Positions 7,794 through 16,000 of a DNA stretch of 64,000 bases are shown here, piece by piece. A program made the translations under genes and the position numbers. The stretch's first letter is position 1. The number at the start of each line of letters is the position of its first letter. Origin of the DNA: an uncultured bacterium (GTDB taxonomy: Bacteria > Fidelibacterota > UBA2242 > JAFGTP01); NCBI GenBank assembly GCA_964498725.1, contig CAZCHS010000005.1, forward strand, positions 14,374 through 78,373, read 5' to 3'. The notes under the pieces are model-generated. The model did not search any database. It saw only the letters and a list, made by a program, of their open reading frames with translations, and had not been told where the DNA came from.

Positions 7794-9116
7794 TTGAACA
7801 TGAAATTTATTTCCCGTATTCAAGAAATCGAAATCATACAGGAAGCCTATAATAAGCTGGATAATGAAGGGGTCAAAAAAACGCTTATCCGCGGCAGTGA
7901 AGGCGTCGGCAAAACCGCTCTCGCACTGGAAGCCACCAAAAACCAAAACACCTGTTACCTCAAAGTCACTAAAAAAGCGGAAAAACTACTTTGCAAAGAA
8001 TTTATGGCCATTGTGGAAGAGACTTATAATATTCCCATTATCAGCAATATTAATAATCTCAATGATTTTTTCTCCTTTATTCTGGCTATCTCCAGAAAGC
8101 GAAAGACCACAATTATTTTTGATGAATTTCATATTCTTGAGGAGATCAATGACGGCGTGCTGACAACAGCTGCCCGGGAATGGAAGAGTTTCAAAGAAGA
8201 GGCAAAAATCCATCTGGTACTGATCAGTTCTGACAACAAAAAGCTCAATCACATAATCATGCGAAAATTCCGAAAATTTGACAATGTCATTGACCTGGCG
8301 CCTTTTACTATTCCGGAGATCAAAGAAATTCTCGACCAAAATAATGAATACTCCGATAAAAATCTGCTTTCCTATTACATGATCACCGGGGGAATGCCGA
8401 AATATATCAGCATTCTGATGGATAATAAAATTTATAATTCCGACGATATTCTGCCCTTTGCTCTCTACAAGAATTCCCCTTTCATTGATGAAGGAATCAA
8501 TCGTCTGATCAAGGTCTTCGGACGTAATTATGGAATATATTTTACGATTTTACAATTGGCGGCCACCGGCACCAACCGGCGGGCGGATATAGAAGAAGTG
8601 ACGGGCAAGAATATTGGCGGTTACCTAAAACGGCTGGCTGTGGATTACGGCCTGATCGACAAAATGAACCCGGCCAATGCCGATGAAAATGCCCGGCGAC
8701 AGCGAATTTTTATCAGGGACAAGTTTTTGAATTTTTGGTTCCGGTTTATCTACCGCAACAGTTCTGCGCTGGAAGCCGGAAATTTTGAATCCCTGCAGGC
8801 CATTCAAAAGGATTTTCAGCAATACCGGGAAGCCAATCTCAAAGAAATGTTTGCGCATCTTTTACGGGCCGCCGGAGCATATGATGAAGTGGGGTTTTTC
8901 TGGCAAAAATCCGACAAAAAATATTCCGAAATCATTGCCATTAACAAAAAAAAGCGGGTATTGCACATTTACACTGTAAAATTAAAAAAATCCCAACTCA
9001 GTGACAAGCAACTGGAAAAAAGGTCTGAATTGATCCTGAAAAATTACCAGGGATATAATTTTCAGATCAAAACCCTGACACTGGAAGACCTGGATAAGTA
9101 TTTGATGCTCTTCTAA
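7794..9116 (+). CDS. P-loop ATPase of the archaeal-ATPase/DUF234-like type
   Basis: 440 aa. It has a Walker A motif (GSEGVGKTALALE) and a Walker B-like IIFDEFH. The overall layout resembles the AAA-type ATPase plus C-terminal DUF234 proteins common in archaea and Bacteroidota. Confidence 0.65.
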   Translation: MNMKFISRIQEIEIIQEAYNKLDNEGVKKTLIRGSEGVGKTALALEATKNQNTCYLKVTKKAEKLLCKEFMAIVEETYNIPIISNINNLNDFFSFILAISRKRKTTIIFDEFHILEEINDGVLTTAAREWKSFKEEAKIHLVLISSDNKKLNHIIMRKFRKFDNVIDLAPFTIPEIKEILDQNNEYSDKNLLSYYMITGGMPKYISILMDNKIYNSDDILPFALYKNSPFIDEGINRLIKVFGRNYGIYFTILQLAATGTNRRADIEEVTGKNIGGYLKRLAVDYGLIDKMNPANADENARRQRIFIRDKFLNFWFRFIYRNSSALEAGNFESLQAIQKDFQQYREANLKEMFAHLLRAAGAYDEVGFFWQKSDKKYSEIIAINKKKRVLHIYTVKLKKSQLSDKQLEKRSELILKNYQGYNFQIKTLTLEDLDKYLMLF

Positions 9117-9276
9117 TCGGAGTTTATCATGGCTGGGGTTGAGGTTGAGGTTAAGGTTGAGGGCTGCCGGGTGGGGGAATCCTGGCTGATCATTTATTAG
9201 TAAAAAAGTTTGTGGAATTTCGTAAGGGGTTTTGTTTCTTTCTTGATACTCTTAGAGTTTTAAAATTGATAAAAAG

Positions 9277-9314
9277 CATCAGCAGGCGACAATTTGAATT
9301 GTCGCCTGCTGATG
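9277..9314. terminator. bidirectional hairpin terminator between convergent genes
   Basis: CATCAGCAGGCGACAATT tg AATTGTCGCCTGCTGATG forms a perfect 18-bp inverted repeat. It lies between the + gene ending at 9116 and the - gene ending at 9329. Confidence 0.7.
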
Positions 9315-9328
9315 GTATAGATATTTAC

Positions 9329-12300
9329 TTATTCCCGAACAACTTTGCGATAAACCAGTACGCCAACCATCAATAATACAATCAGTGCCAAAATATTTTC
9401 CAATATCGCTACAGGATAGGCATTCATCAGCATTCCTCTGAAGAGGGTTGGTATGTGGTAACCAATCGTGATCAAAATCGCCAGGTATATATTCTTGCGA
9501 ATTAAAAGGGTATAAAGCAAATAGTAAATTACTCCCATAACCAATCCGCTGATAACCCAGTAGGGAATTGTTTCGATAGTTAATCCGGTGATGACAAATC
9601 CCATGATGAGAAACAATAACCCGGCTAATGGTTTTTTAACCTGCCAATTTTTTGTTAACCGGTCAATCAACCAGAAAACGAACAAAAATTCAGATGATTT
9701 CATAAAAAAGCCCGGCACCACATCCAAACTCTTGCTGAAAAGTGGCCAGTGATCACCAAGGGATCCGTATTCCGCCCAATTGGGCGCCAATGACGGACTA
9801 AACAGTTTTTCCAGCAAAGCGGAAATTATGAACATAAGCAAACCAATGGAAATACCAAAAAGAATATTGAGACTAAATTTGTTTGATCTTGTGTATTCCT
9901 TTTGGTCGTTGATGAATCCAAAAATCAGTGCCGGTACAAAAGCCATCAGAATTGTAAAAAAACCGCTGATTGCAAAGATCGTTTTCTGATTGACCATGGG
10001 CAGGGCTGTATTAAGTTGCGCCATTAATTTCGGCCAGGAATTAATAAAACTGAGCGCCAGAACGACAGCCATTGTAATTAATACTGGTAAAAAGGTATCG
10101 ATGGTAAATTTTCCTTTACTCCAAAAGACAATGGCAACAATAATAGCTGCAATAAACAGGAAAACATAGAAAACCACCGAAACTATTTTGATGATTTTGA
10201 TGCTGTTCGTACGGCTTTTTTCAGCTCTCTCCCATTTCTCCGGTACTTCAACTTTTTGATAGGAATCGACAATTTGGCTGCCCGCCACTTTTACAGATAT
10301 CAGCGCTTTCCCCTCTTTATCCAATTTCACATTTGTTGTATCTTCGTATTCAAACAGCCAGTCGGTTCTGGCCGGATGTTTTGATGGCGAAGCTGTAATC
10401 TCCTGAAAGCTGGCAGAATTCATAGCATATTGTTTCTTAATGTGGTTAAGCGCTATTTTTCGGGCGGCATATTCAGGCAGGCTGTCACCCGGTGTTGATT
10501 CAGGAAGTTTATGACGGAAGCGAATAACCTCACCTTTTTCGATATAGACGAGATATTCTTCGGCCCTTTGATCGACACTGCCCTCGAACCGCGCAAACCT
10601 GACAAGCCATAATGGATTGCGCAAATAGGTTCCGGACAATTCCCGGTAGGTTTCTTCTCCGTATTCCTGCCAGATAAACCGGTCATCCGTATCCAGCGGA
10701 GTTTGTACAGTGGACAACACTTCCATTGTATCGGATAATTCGATGCCCCGTTTTTGTATTGTTTGTAATGCCAGGCTTTCGGCTTCCAGTCGAGTTGTAT
10801 CCAGGCGGGTTGCATGATTCCGGAAATTACCAATGATCAGCCATCCGATAAAAGTAATAGCGCCCAACAGAATTATTCCATATTTAAGTCTCTCGCTGAA
10901 CTCACCGGAACTGGCCGTTGATTTCGCCGGTTCAATCTCATTTGTTACAGTTTCAGAGGGCTGCCAACTTTTATTGAGATATTTTTCCTGAAGTTGAACT
11001 GTTTTGCCGGTTTGCAGTCTGCGCCAAATCAAAATAATGACCGGCACAAAGGTCAGTGTAATGACCATCAGTTTATCAAAGAACAGGCCTTCGGCTGAAG
11101 AGGCAAAGAGTGGCAGGGAAAACCAAACCACATCATAGGCAAAATGTAAAATTATACCCGGCAGAAGCCCAAAGTATAAATAAACCAGGCCAAAGGCGAG
11201 GGAGGGAATAATCAATTCCACTACCCTGGCATAGGAGGGCTGCATGGGATAATTGGCGTGGGCGGCGCCGAAAATCAAAGCCTGAACCACAAATGCAGCG
11301 GCAATCCACCAATTCCGGCGACCATATTTCTGCCCGATGAGCGCTGCCCCGGCGATGGGGATTGCCCGAAACAGACATTCTTCCCAGAATCCGGCATGCA
11401 GGGATTGGACGATACTGGCAAACCAGGGCATGTGTGTGGCCAGAATATTGGGATTGAATAATGTGCTGCTCGGTACCCACCAACCCAGAACACGCGTTGT
11501 GAAAAAGTATAATGCCACATCAAAACCAAGAAAAATGGAAACCCCCAAATATCCGCCGAAAGTTTGTCCGTAAACCGGCTTGGTATTGGCCACATCTTTG
11601 GACCAGATTCGCCACAATTGAATATGCTCCGGAAAGGCTTTTCTGGACAAGGACTCCGCCGCCATAAAACTCAGGGTCAGCAACAGGAATTCCGCCAGAA
11701 ACAAAATCAGCAACTGAACAATTTGCTGCATCAGAAATCCCTGGGCGGCAATGGCGGTATCATAACTCATCCACATCAGCGGCCAATTATTGATCTGCAG
11801 CAGGGCCATCAAAATTGCGATAAAAAATCCCCAGAATATGGCCGGTTTCCAGACCACCCAATTATGCCGGAGTAGTAGAAATAAACCCAAAATAACTCCG
11901 CCCAGCACATAGAGAATGGCTCCCGCTACAGTGGCAATCATAGCAAGCGTCTCATTAGTTGAGCGCATTTCATCATATTTGCGGCTGAAGGCTTCCGGAA
12001 TTTTGACGAAATGGGTTAATTCCGTGAATTTGCTGCCGCTCAGTTTCAGGCGCAACCGATAGGCGGCTTCTTTTAGTTGCTTGTCCTTGCGCTCGTAAAC
12101 AAAAGTGTAATCTTTGCGGCCGCCGGACATGACCTCCTGGGAATTTTCAACCAATTCGTAATCATTGAGTTTGATGCCGGCATTAATGGCTTTTTTCTCA
12201 GCAATTGCCAGGGCCGAGTCTGCCGAAAGATTTTGTCCGGGCTGGTCTTCAGGTAGTTTTTCCGCAAATCCGTAAAATTCACCGGAAGGCGTAAACCGGA

Positions 12301-12649
12301 TCATTGTTTCATTGGTTTCTTCCGGTTTGAAATGCCGGACTTTCCAGGTGTAGGGTGAAAAAAGATCACCGGCGATCATACTGTTGAATGCCGAAGCGCC
12401 ACCGATTTCCAGCTCCACATAATTTTTGACATCGTCATCCAGTGAAAATGACGCGGCGGTTTTAAAATTTTCCGGTCCAAGATTATATTTCTTTGCAATA
12501 CCCTGCGCACTGGCCAAAGCCGCCTCCCGGTCCATGGAAATATCAAGATTAACGATCGGGTTGGCCTTGTCAAAAAAATTGATAGAAAAAAAGATTCCGC
12601 CGATAAAAAGCAGAATTAGAATAATCCAAAATGCTGGTCTTCTGGTCAT
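9329..12649 (-). CDS. very large polytopic membrane protein with a central CPBP (CAAX/Abi) intramembrane protease domain
   Basis: 1106 aa. All three CPBP motifs are present in order: WEECLFRAIP (EExxxR), FGAAHANYP (FxxxH) and HFAYDVVW (HxxxD/N). The protein has many hydrophobic segments and two long soluble stretches. Confidence 0.7.
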   Translation of the reverse strand: MTRRPAFWIILILLFIGGIFFSINFFDKANPIVNLDISMDREAALASAQGIAKKYNLGPENFKTAASFSLDDDVKNYVELEIGGASAFNSMIAGDLFSPYTWKVRHFKPEETNETMIRFTPSGEFYGFAEKLPEDQPGQNLSADSALAIAEKKAINAGIKLNDYELVENSQEVMSGGRKDYTFVYERKDKQLKEAAYRLRLKLSGSKFTELTHFVKIPEAFSRKYDEMRSTNETLAMIATVAGAILYVLGGVILGLFLLLRHNWVVWKPAIFWGFFIAILMALLQINNWPLMWMSYDTAIAAQGFLMQQIVQLLILFLAEFLLLTLSFMAAESLSRKAFPEHIQLWRIWSKDVANTKPVYGQTFGGYLGVSIFLGFDVALYFFTTRVLGWWVPSSTLFNPNILATHMPWFASIVQSLHAGFWEECLFRAIPIAGAALIGQKYGRRNWWIAAAFVVQALIFGAAHANYPMQPSYARVVELIIPSLAFGLVYLYFGLLPGIILHFAYDVVWFSLPLFASSAEGLFFDKLMVITLTFVPVIILIWRRLQTGKTVQLQEKYLNKSWQPSETVTNEIEPAKSTASSGEFSERLKYGIILLGAITFIGWLIIGNFRNHATRLDTTRLEAESLALQTIQKRGIELSDTMEVLSTVQTPLDTDDRFIWQEYGEETYRELSGTYLRNPLWLVRFARFEGSVDQRAEEYLVYIEKGEVIRFRHKLPESTPGDSLPEYAARKIALNHIKKQYAMNSASFQEITASPSKHPARTDWLFEYEDTTNVKLDKEGKALISVKVAGSQIVDSYQKVEVPEKWERAEKSRTNSIKIIKIVSVVFYVFLFIAAIIVAIVFWSKGKFTIDTFLPVLITMAVVLALSFINSWPKLMAQLNTALPMVNQKTIFAISGFFTILMAFVPALIFGFINDQKEYTRSNKFSLNILFGISIGLLMFIISALLEKLFSPSLAPNWAEYGSLGDHWPLFSKSLDVVPGFFMKSSEFLFVFWLIDRLTKNWQVKKPLAGLLFLIMGFVITGLTIETIPYWVISGLVMGVIYYLLYTLLIRKNIYLAILITIGYHIPTLFRGMLMNAYPVAILENILALIVLLMVGVLVYRKVVRE

Positions 12650-12733
12650 TTTCCCCTCCTAAAAAATTGTATAATTTTACTTAATGAATCAAGTTAATAA
12701 TTTTCATCCATAATAGAAATAAAATTTGAAGAA

Positions 12734-13735
12734 TTAGAGCCGGTTCAGTATATCATTTAACAGGGATTCCGGAATATACATATTAATTGACAAAAACAGC
12801 AATTCAGGCCTGTTGAGGAATTTGGCGGGAATATTGGCGCGGTCTTTTTCAGTAGTGATTAAGTAGTCGGTATTGCGGGATTTCGCCAGCAATCTTTCAA
12901 TATGCTGATTAGTGTATTTGTGATGATCAGGAAAAGTGGCTGTCAGGAGTTTGGCCGGTTCCAGCTGTTTGACAGTATCAAAAAACTGCTCCGGATTGCC
13001 CAGTCCGCAAAAGGCCAGTAGCTTTTTACCTTTCAAAAGATTACGATCAATGTGTTTGTGGGCGGTTTTAATGGTGGTAATTTCTGTTGGCGCGGTAAAG
13101 CATTCCATGCCCTGATCATGGAAAAAACTCACATAATCGGGTTTTGGTTTTTGAGTGCGGGTAAAAACCAGAAAATCCGCCCGTTTAAGATTGTGAAAAG
13201 ATTCCCTGAGCCGGCCTCTGGGAATAAGATGTTCTTCATAAGGTGAGGAATAGGCGTCCCACAAGACAATATCCACATCCCGGTGTAAGCGCCGGTGCTG
13301 AAAACCATCATCGGCAATGACAATATCACATTTATATTTGTCCTGCGCGGTTTTTCCGGCGGCATAACGGTCCGCATCGACAATGATAACCACATCTTTT
13401 GTTTTTTTCGCCATCAGAAAGGGTTCGTCGCCACTATCTGCCGCCGTCACAATCGGCCCTTCTCCTTCACTGACAATCATCTGGCCTTTACTATTGCGTT
13501 TATACCCCCGGGTGATTATGGCCGGTTTGAAGTCCTTTTCTTTCAGAAGCATGGCCAGTGCAATGGCAAAGGGCGTTTTTCCGGTGCCGCCGGCGGTGAT
13601 ATTGCCGATTGAAATCACCGGAATTTTGAGTTCATGGCTTTTCAGGATTTTCATATCATAGAAATAATTTCTCAGATTGGTTATACCCTGGTACAACATA
13701 GCGAAAGGGGTCAATATGGTGCGTATGATTTTCAT
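12734..13735 (-). CDS. lpxK: tetraacyldisaccharide 4'-kinase
   Basis: 333 aa. It has the P-loop region ISIGNITAGGTGKTPFAIAL followed by ITRGYKR. Its start overlaps the lpxB stop by 4 nt. Confidence 0.9.
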   Translation of the reverse strand: MKIIRTILTPFAMLYQGITNLRNYFYDMKILKSHELKIPVISIGNITAGGTGKTPFAIALAMLLKEKDFKPAIITRGYKRNSKGQMIVSEGEGPIVTAADSGDEPFLMAKKTKDVVIIVDADRYAAGKTAQDKYKCDIVIADDGFQHRRLHRDVDIVLWDAYSSPYEEHLIPRGRLRESFHNLKRADFLVFTRTQKPKPDYVSFFHDQGMECFTAPTEITTIKTAHKHIDRNLLKGKKLLAFCGLGNPEQFFDTVKQLEPAKLLTATFPDHHKYTNQHIERLLAKSRNTDYLITTEKDRANIPAKFLNRPELLFLSINMYIPESLLNDILNRL

Positions 13736-14853
13736 AGGGTTTGTAATTCGGACAGAATGATTCCGGCAGCTTTTCCCGATGCGCCGGCCGGGCCGATTTT
13801 TTCCTGTACCTCTTTATAAAAATTTCGAAATCGCTCTTTTTCTGTTGGAGAACTAAGATAGGCCTGAACTTCCTGGTAAATATTTTCAGGAGTGACCTCT
13901 TTTTGGATCAGTTCGTGAATGCCTTCCCGGCCGGCAATCAGATTGGCCAATCCGATAAAATCAATTTTCGCCACCAGTTTAGCCAGGTAATAGGTAAAGA
14001 ATGAGGTTTTGTAGATGATCACCATGGGTGTGCCGAGCAGAGCCGCTTCCAGGCTGGCGGTACCGGAGACCATAATTAAATATTCCGCTTGCTGGATAAT
14101 CGCATCATTTTGACCCCTTACCCATTTCAGCCAGTCATACCGATATTTTGCCCGGTACTCCCTAAAATCCTGTCCCGGCGCCATGCCGATGACAAATTTC
14201 AAGGATGGATGTTTTTTGCGAATTTTAATGGCGCTTGCAATCATGACATCCAGATGATTTTCCAATTCCTGTTTGCGGCTGCCGGGAAAGAGTCCGATAA
14301 ACCTATCCTCCGGCGCCAGACCGGTAATTGGAGTTTCCCCTTTGAATATTTCCTTATCCATTAACGGGTTTCCGCCGTAAACCGCATCCACACCGTGTTT
14401 AGTATACCATTCCGGTTCGAAAGGCAAAATACAGATCACCTTGTCTACATTCCGGCGTACCTGCTTGACCCGGGACTGGTGCCACGCCCAGATCTGGGGA
14501 CAAATATAATAGACTACCTTGAGCTTGCGTTTTTTGAGCGCCTTAGCCAGACGCAGATTAAAACCGGGATAATCCACAAGGACGACTAAATCAATTTTAT
14601 TTTCGTCGATAAATTTGAGGGTTTCATTAAATATTTTTTTGATGAAAGGCAGATGTTTGATCACTTCCGCAAAGCCCATAAAAGAGAGGTTGTCAATATG
14701 GTGAAGCAATTTCGCGCCAGCCTTCTGCATATTGTCACCGCCATTGGCAAAGATTTTCAGGTTGGGATCCTTCGCCAATAAGTGCTCGATTAACCGGGCG
14801 GCGTGGATATCGGCTGACAATTCACCGGTGGAAATAAAAAGACGCCCGGCCAT
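13732..14853 (-). CDS. lpxB: lipid-A-disaccharide synthase
   Basis: 373 aa. The N-terminus reads LFISTGELSADIHAARLIEHL. It also has VDYPGFNLRLAK and a GTASLEAALLGTPMV block typical of LpxB. Confidence 0.9.
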   Translation of the reverse strand: MAGRLFISTGELSADIHAARLIEHLLAKDPNLKIFANGGDNMQKAGAKLLHHIDNLSFMGFAEVIKHLPFIKKIFNETLKFIDENKIDLVVLVDYPGFNLRLAKALKKRKLKVVYYICPQIWAWHQSRVKQVRRNVDKVICILPFEPEWYTKHGVDAVYGGNPLMDKEIFKGETPITGLAPEDRFIGLFPGSRKQELENHLDVMIASAIKIRKKHPSLKFVIGMAPGQDFREYRAKYRYDWLKWVRGQNDAIIQQAEYLIMVSGTASLEAALLGTPMVIIYKTSFFTYYLAKLVAKIDFIGLANLIAGREGIHELIQKEVTPENIYQEVQAYLSSPTEKERFRNFYKEVQEKIGPAGASGKAAGIILSELQTL

Positions 14854-15836
14854 TACACATCCAATTCTGCTAATTTTTGGTTAATGGTTTGCTCTATCTG
14901 AAGTGCCAGTTTGAGAGCCGCCAGTCCGTCTTCTCCGGTGACCATAGGGTCTTGTTGCTTTGTAATGGCTTGAATGAAATCCTTTTGTTCATCCAGCATC
15001 GCATTGGAATCCGGGGCTTCCATCTGTTTGAAATAGATGGTTTTCTTTTCTTTATCCGCAATCTGAAACCCGGCCAGTTCATGGTATTCCTCGGATTTTT
15101 TATCCAGTGAAAAGATATCGGTTTTTTTATTGAGAAAATCAATGTTGATATAGGCGTTTTGCTGAAAAATACGAAATTTCCTGACTTTTTTATCGGAAAC
15201 CCGGCTGGCAGTGATATTGGCCACACAGCCATTGGCAAAGTCTATCCGCACGTTGGCAATGTCAATATTGTCTGTCAATACCGGTGTGCCGCTGGCTTCG
15301 ATATTCGTGATTTTTGAATCGACTAATTTCAGGATAATGTCAAGATCGTGGATCATTAACTCCGGAATGACAGCAGAATTAATTCCCCGCTCATTGAATT
15401 GGGATATGCGATGGCACTCAATGAATTTGGGCGCCAACTGGTAATCTTCCAGAATTTTAAAGGCCGGGTTAAAGCGTTCGATATGGCCGACCTGGAGGAT
15501 TAAATTATTATTTTTGGCAATGGCCATGAGGTCTTCCGCCTGCTCAATGGTTTCCGTGACCGGTTTTTCGCAGAAAACATGAAGTCCGTTTTCCAGGGCG
15601 TCTTTGGTGATTTCATAATGTGTATTGGTGGGAGTCACCACCAGCAGGGCGTCGCTGGCGTCCAGTAATTCCTGCCGGTTATCAAAATTTTTCGCGTAAT
15701 ATTTTTGGGCGATAAATTGGCTGCGATCATCGTCAATATCATAAAATCCTGTTACCTTTATTTGGTCGTGGGTCAAAAGATTGTTTAGATGAAAATTGCC
15801 CAGATAGCCGACACCAATTATTCCAATTTTTAGCAT
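14853..15836 (-). CDS. Gfo/Idh/MocA family NAD(P)-dependent oxidoreductase
   Basis: 327 aa. It has the N-terminal Rossmann motif MLKIGIIGVGYLGNFH and the EKP motif (VFCEKPV). It is translationally coupled to lpxB by a 1-nt overlap. Confidence 0.85.
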   Translation of the reverse strand: MLKIGIIGVGYLGNFHLNNLLTHDQIKVTGFYDIDDDRSQFIAQKYYAKNFDNRQELLDASDALLVVTPTNTHYEITKDALENGLHVFCEKPVTETIEQAEDLMAIAKNNNLILQVGHIERFNPAFKILEDYQLAPKFIECHRISQFNERGINSAVIPELMIHDLDIILKLVDSKITNIEASGTPVLTDNIDIANVRIDFANGCVANITASRVSDKKVRKFRIFQQNAYINIDFLNKKTDIFSLDKKSEEYHELAGFQIADKEKKTIYFKQMEAPDSNAMLDEQKDFIQAITKQQDPMVTGEDGLAALKLALQIEQTINQKLAELDV

Positions 15837-15870
15837 TTTTGCTCCTGTTTATTTACATTATGAATCGTGA

Positions 15871-15897
15871 TTTTAACCTGAATAATTCAGGTTAAAA
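15871..15897. promoter_or_regulatory. 27-bp perfect palindrome in a divergent promoter region (candidate operator)
   Basis: TTTTAACCTGAAT A ATTCAGGTTAAAA has 13-bp perfect arms. It lies between the oxidoreductase-lpxB-lpxK operon (-) and the 5'-nucleotidase gene (+). The half-site TTAACCTGAAT matches the heads of the 6720-7060 repeats. Confidence 0.4.
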
Positions 15898-16000
15898 AAT
15901 GATTTTTAAATTTTGTAAGAGAATTTAACTTTAATGAATTAAAAATAAAAGGTAATCGCCACTACGCACAGATTACAAATTACTAAAAAAGGAGAGAGTA

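Noticed and set aside
9131-9160. The GGTTGA hexamer repeat might be a CRISPR or VNTR locus.
   Set aside because: There are only four 6-bp units, with no spacers and no cas genes. It is far too short for CRISPR. I kept it only as a minor low-interest note.
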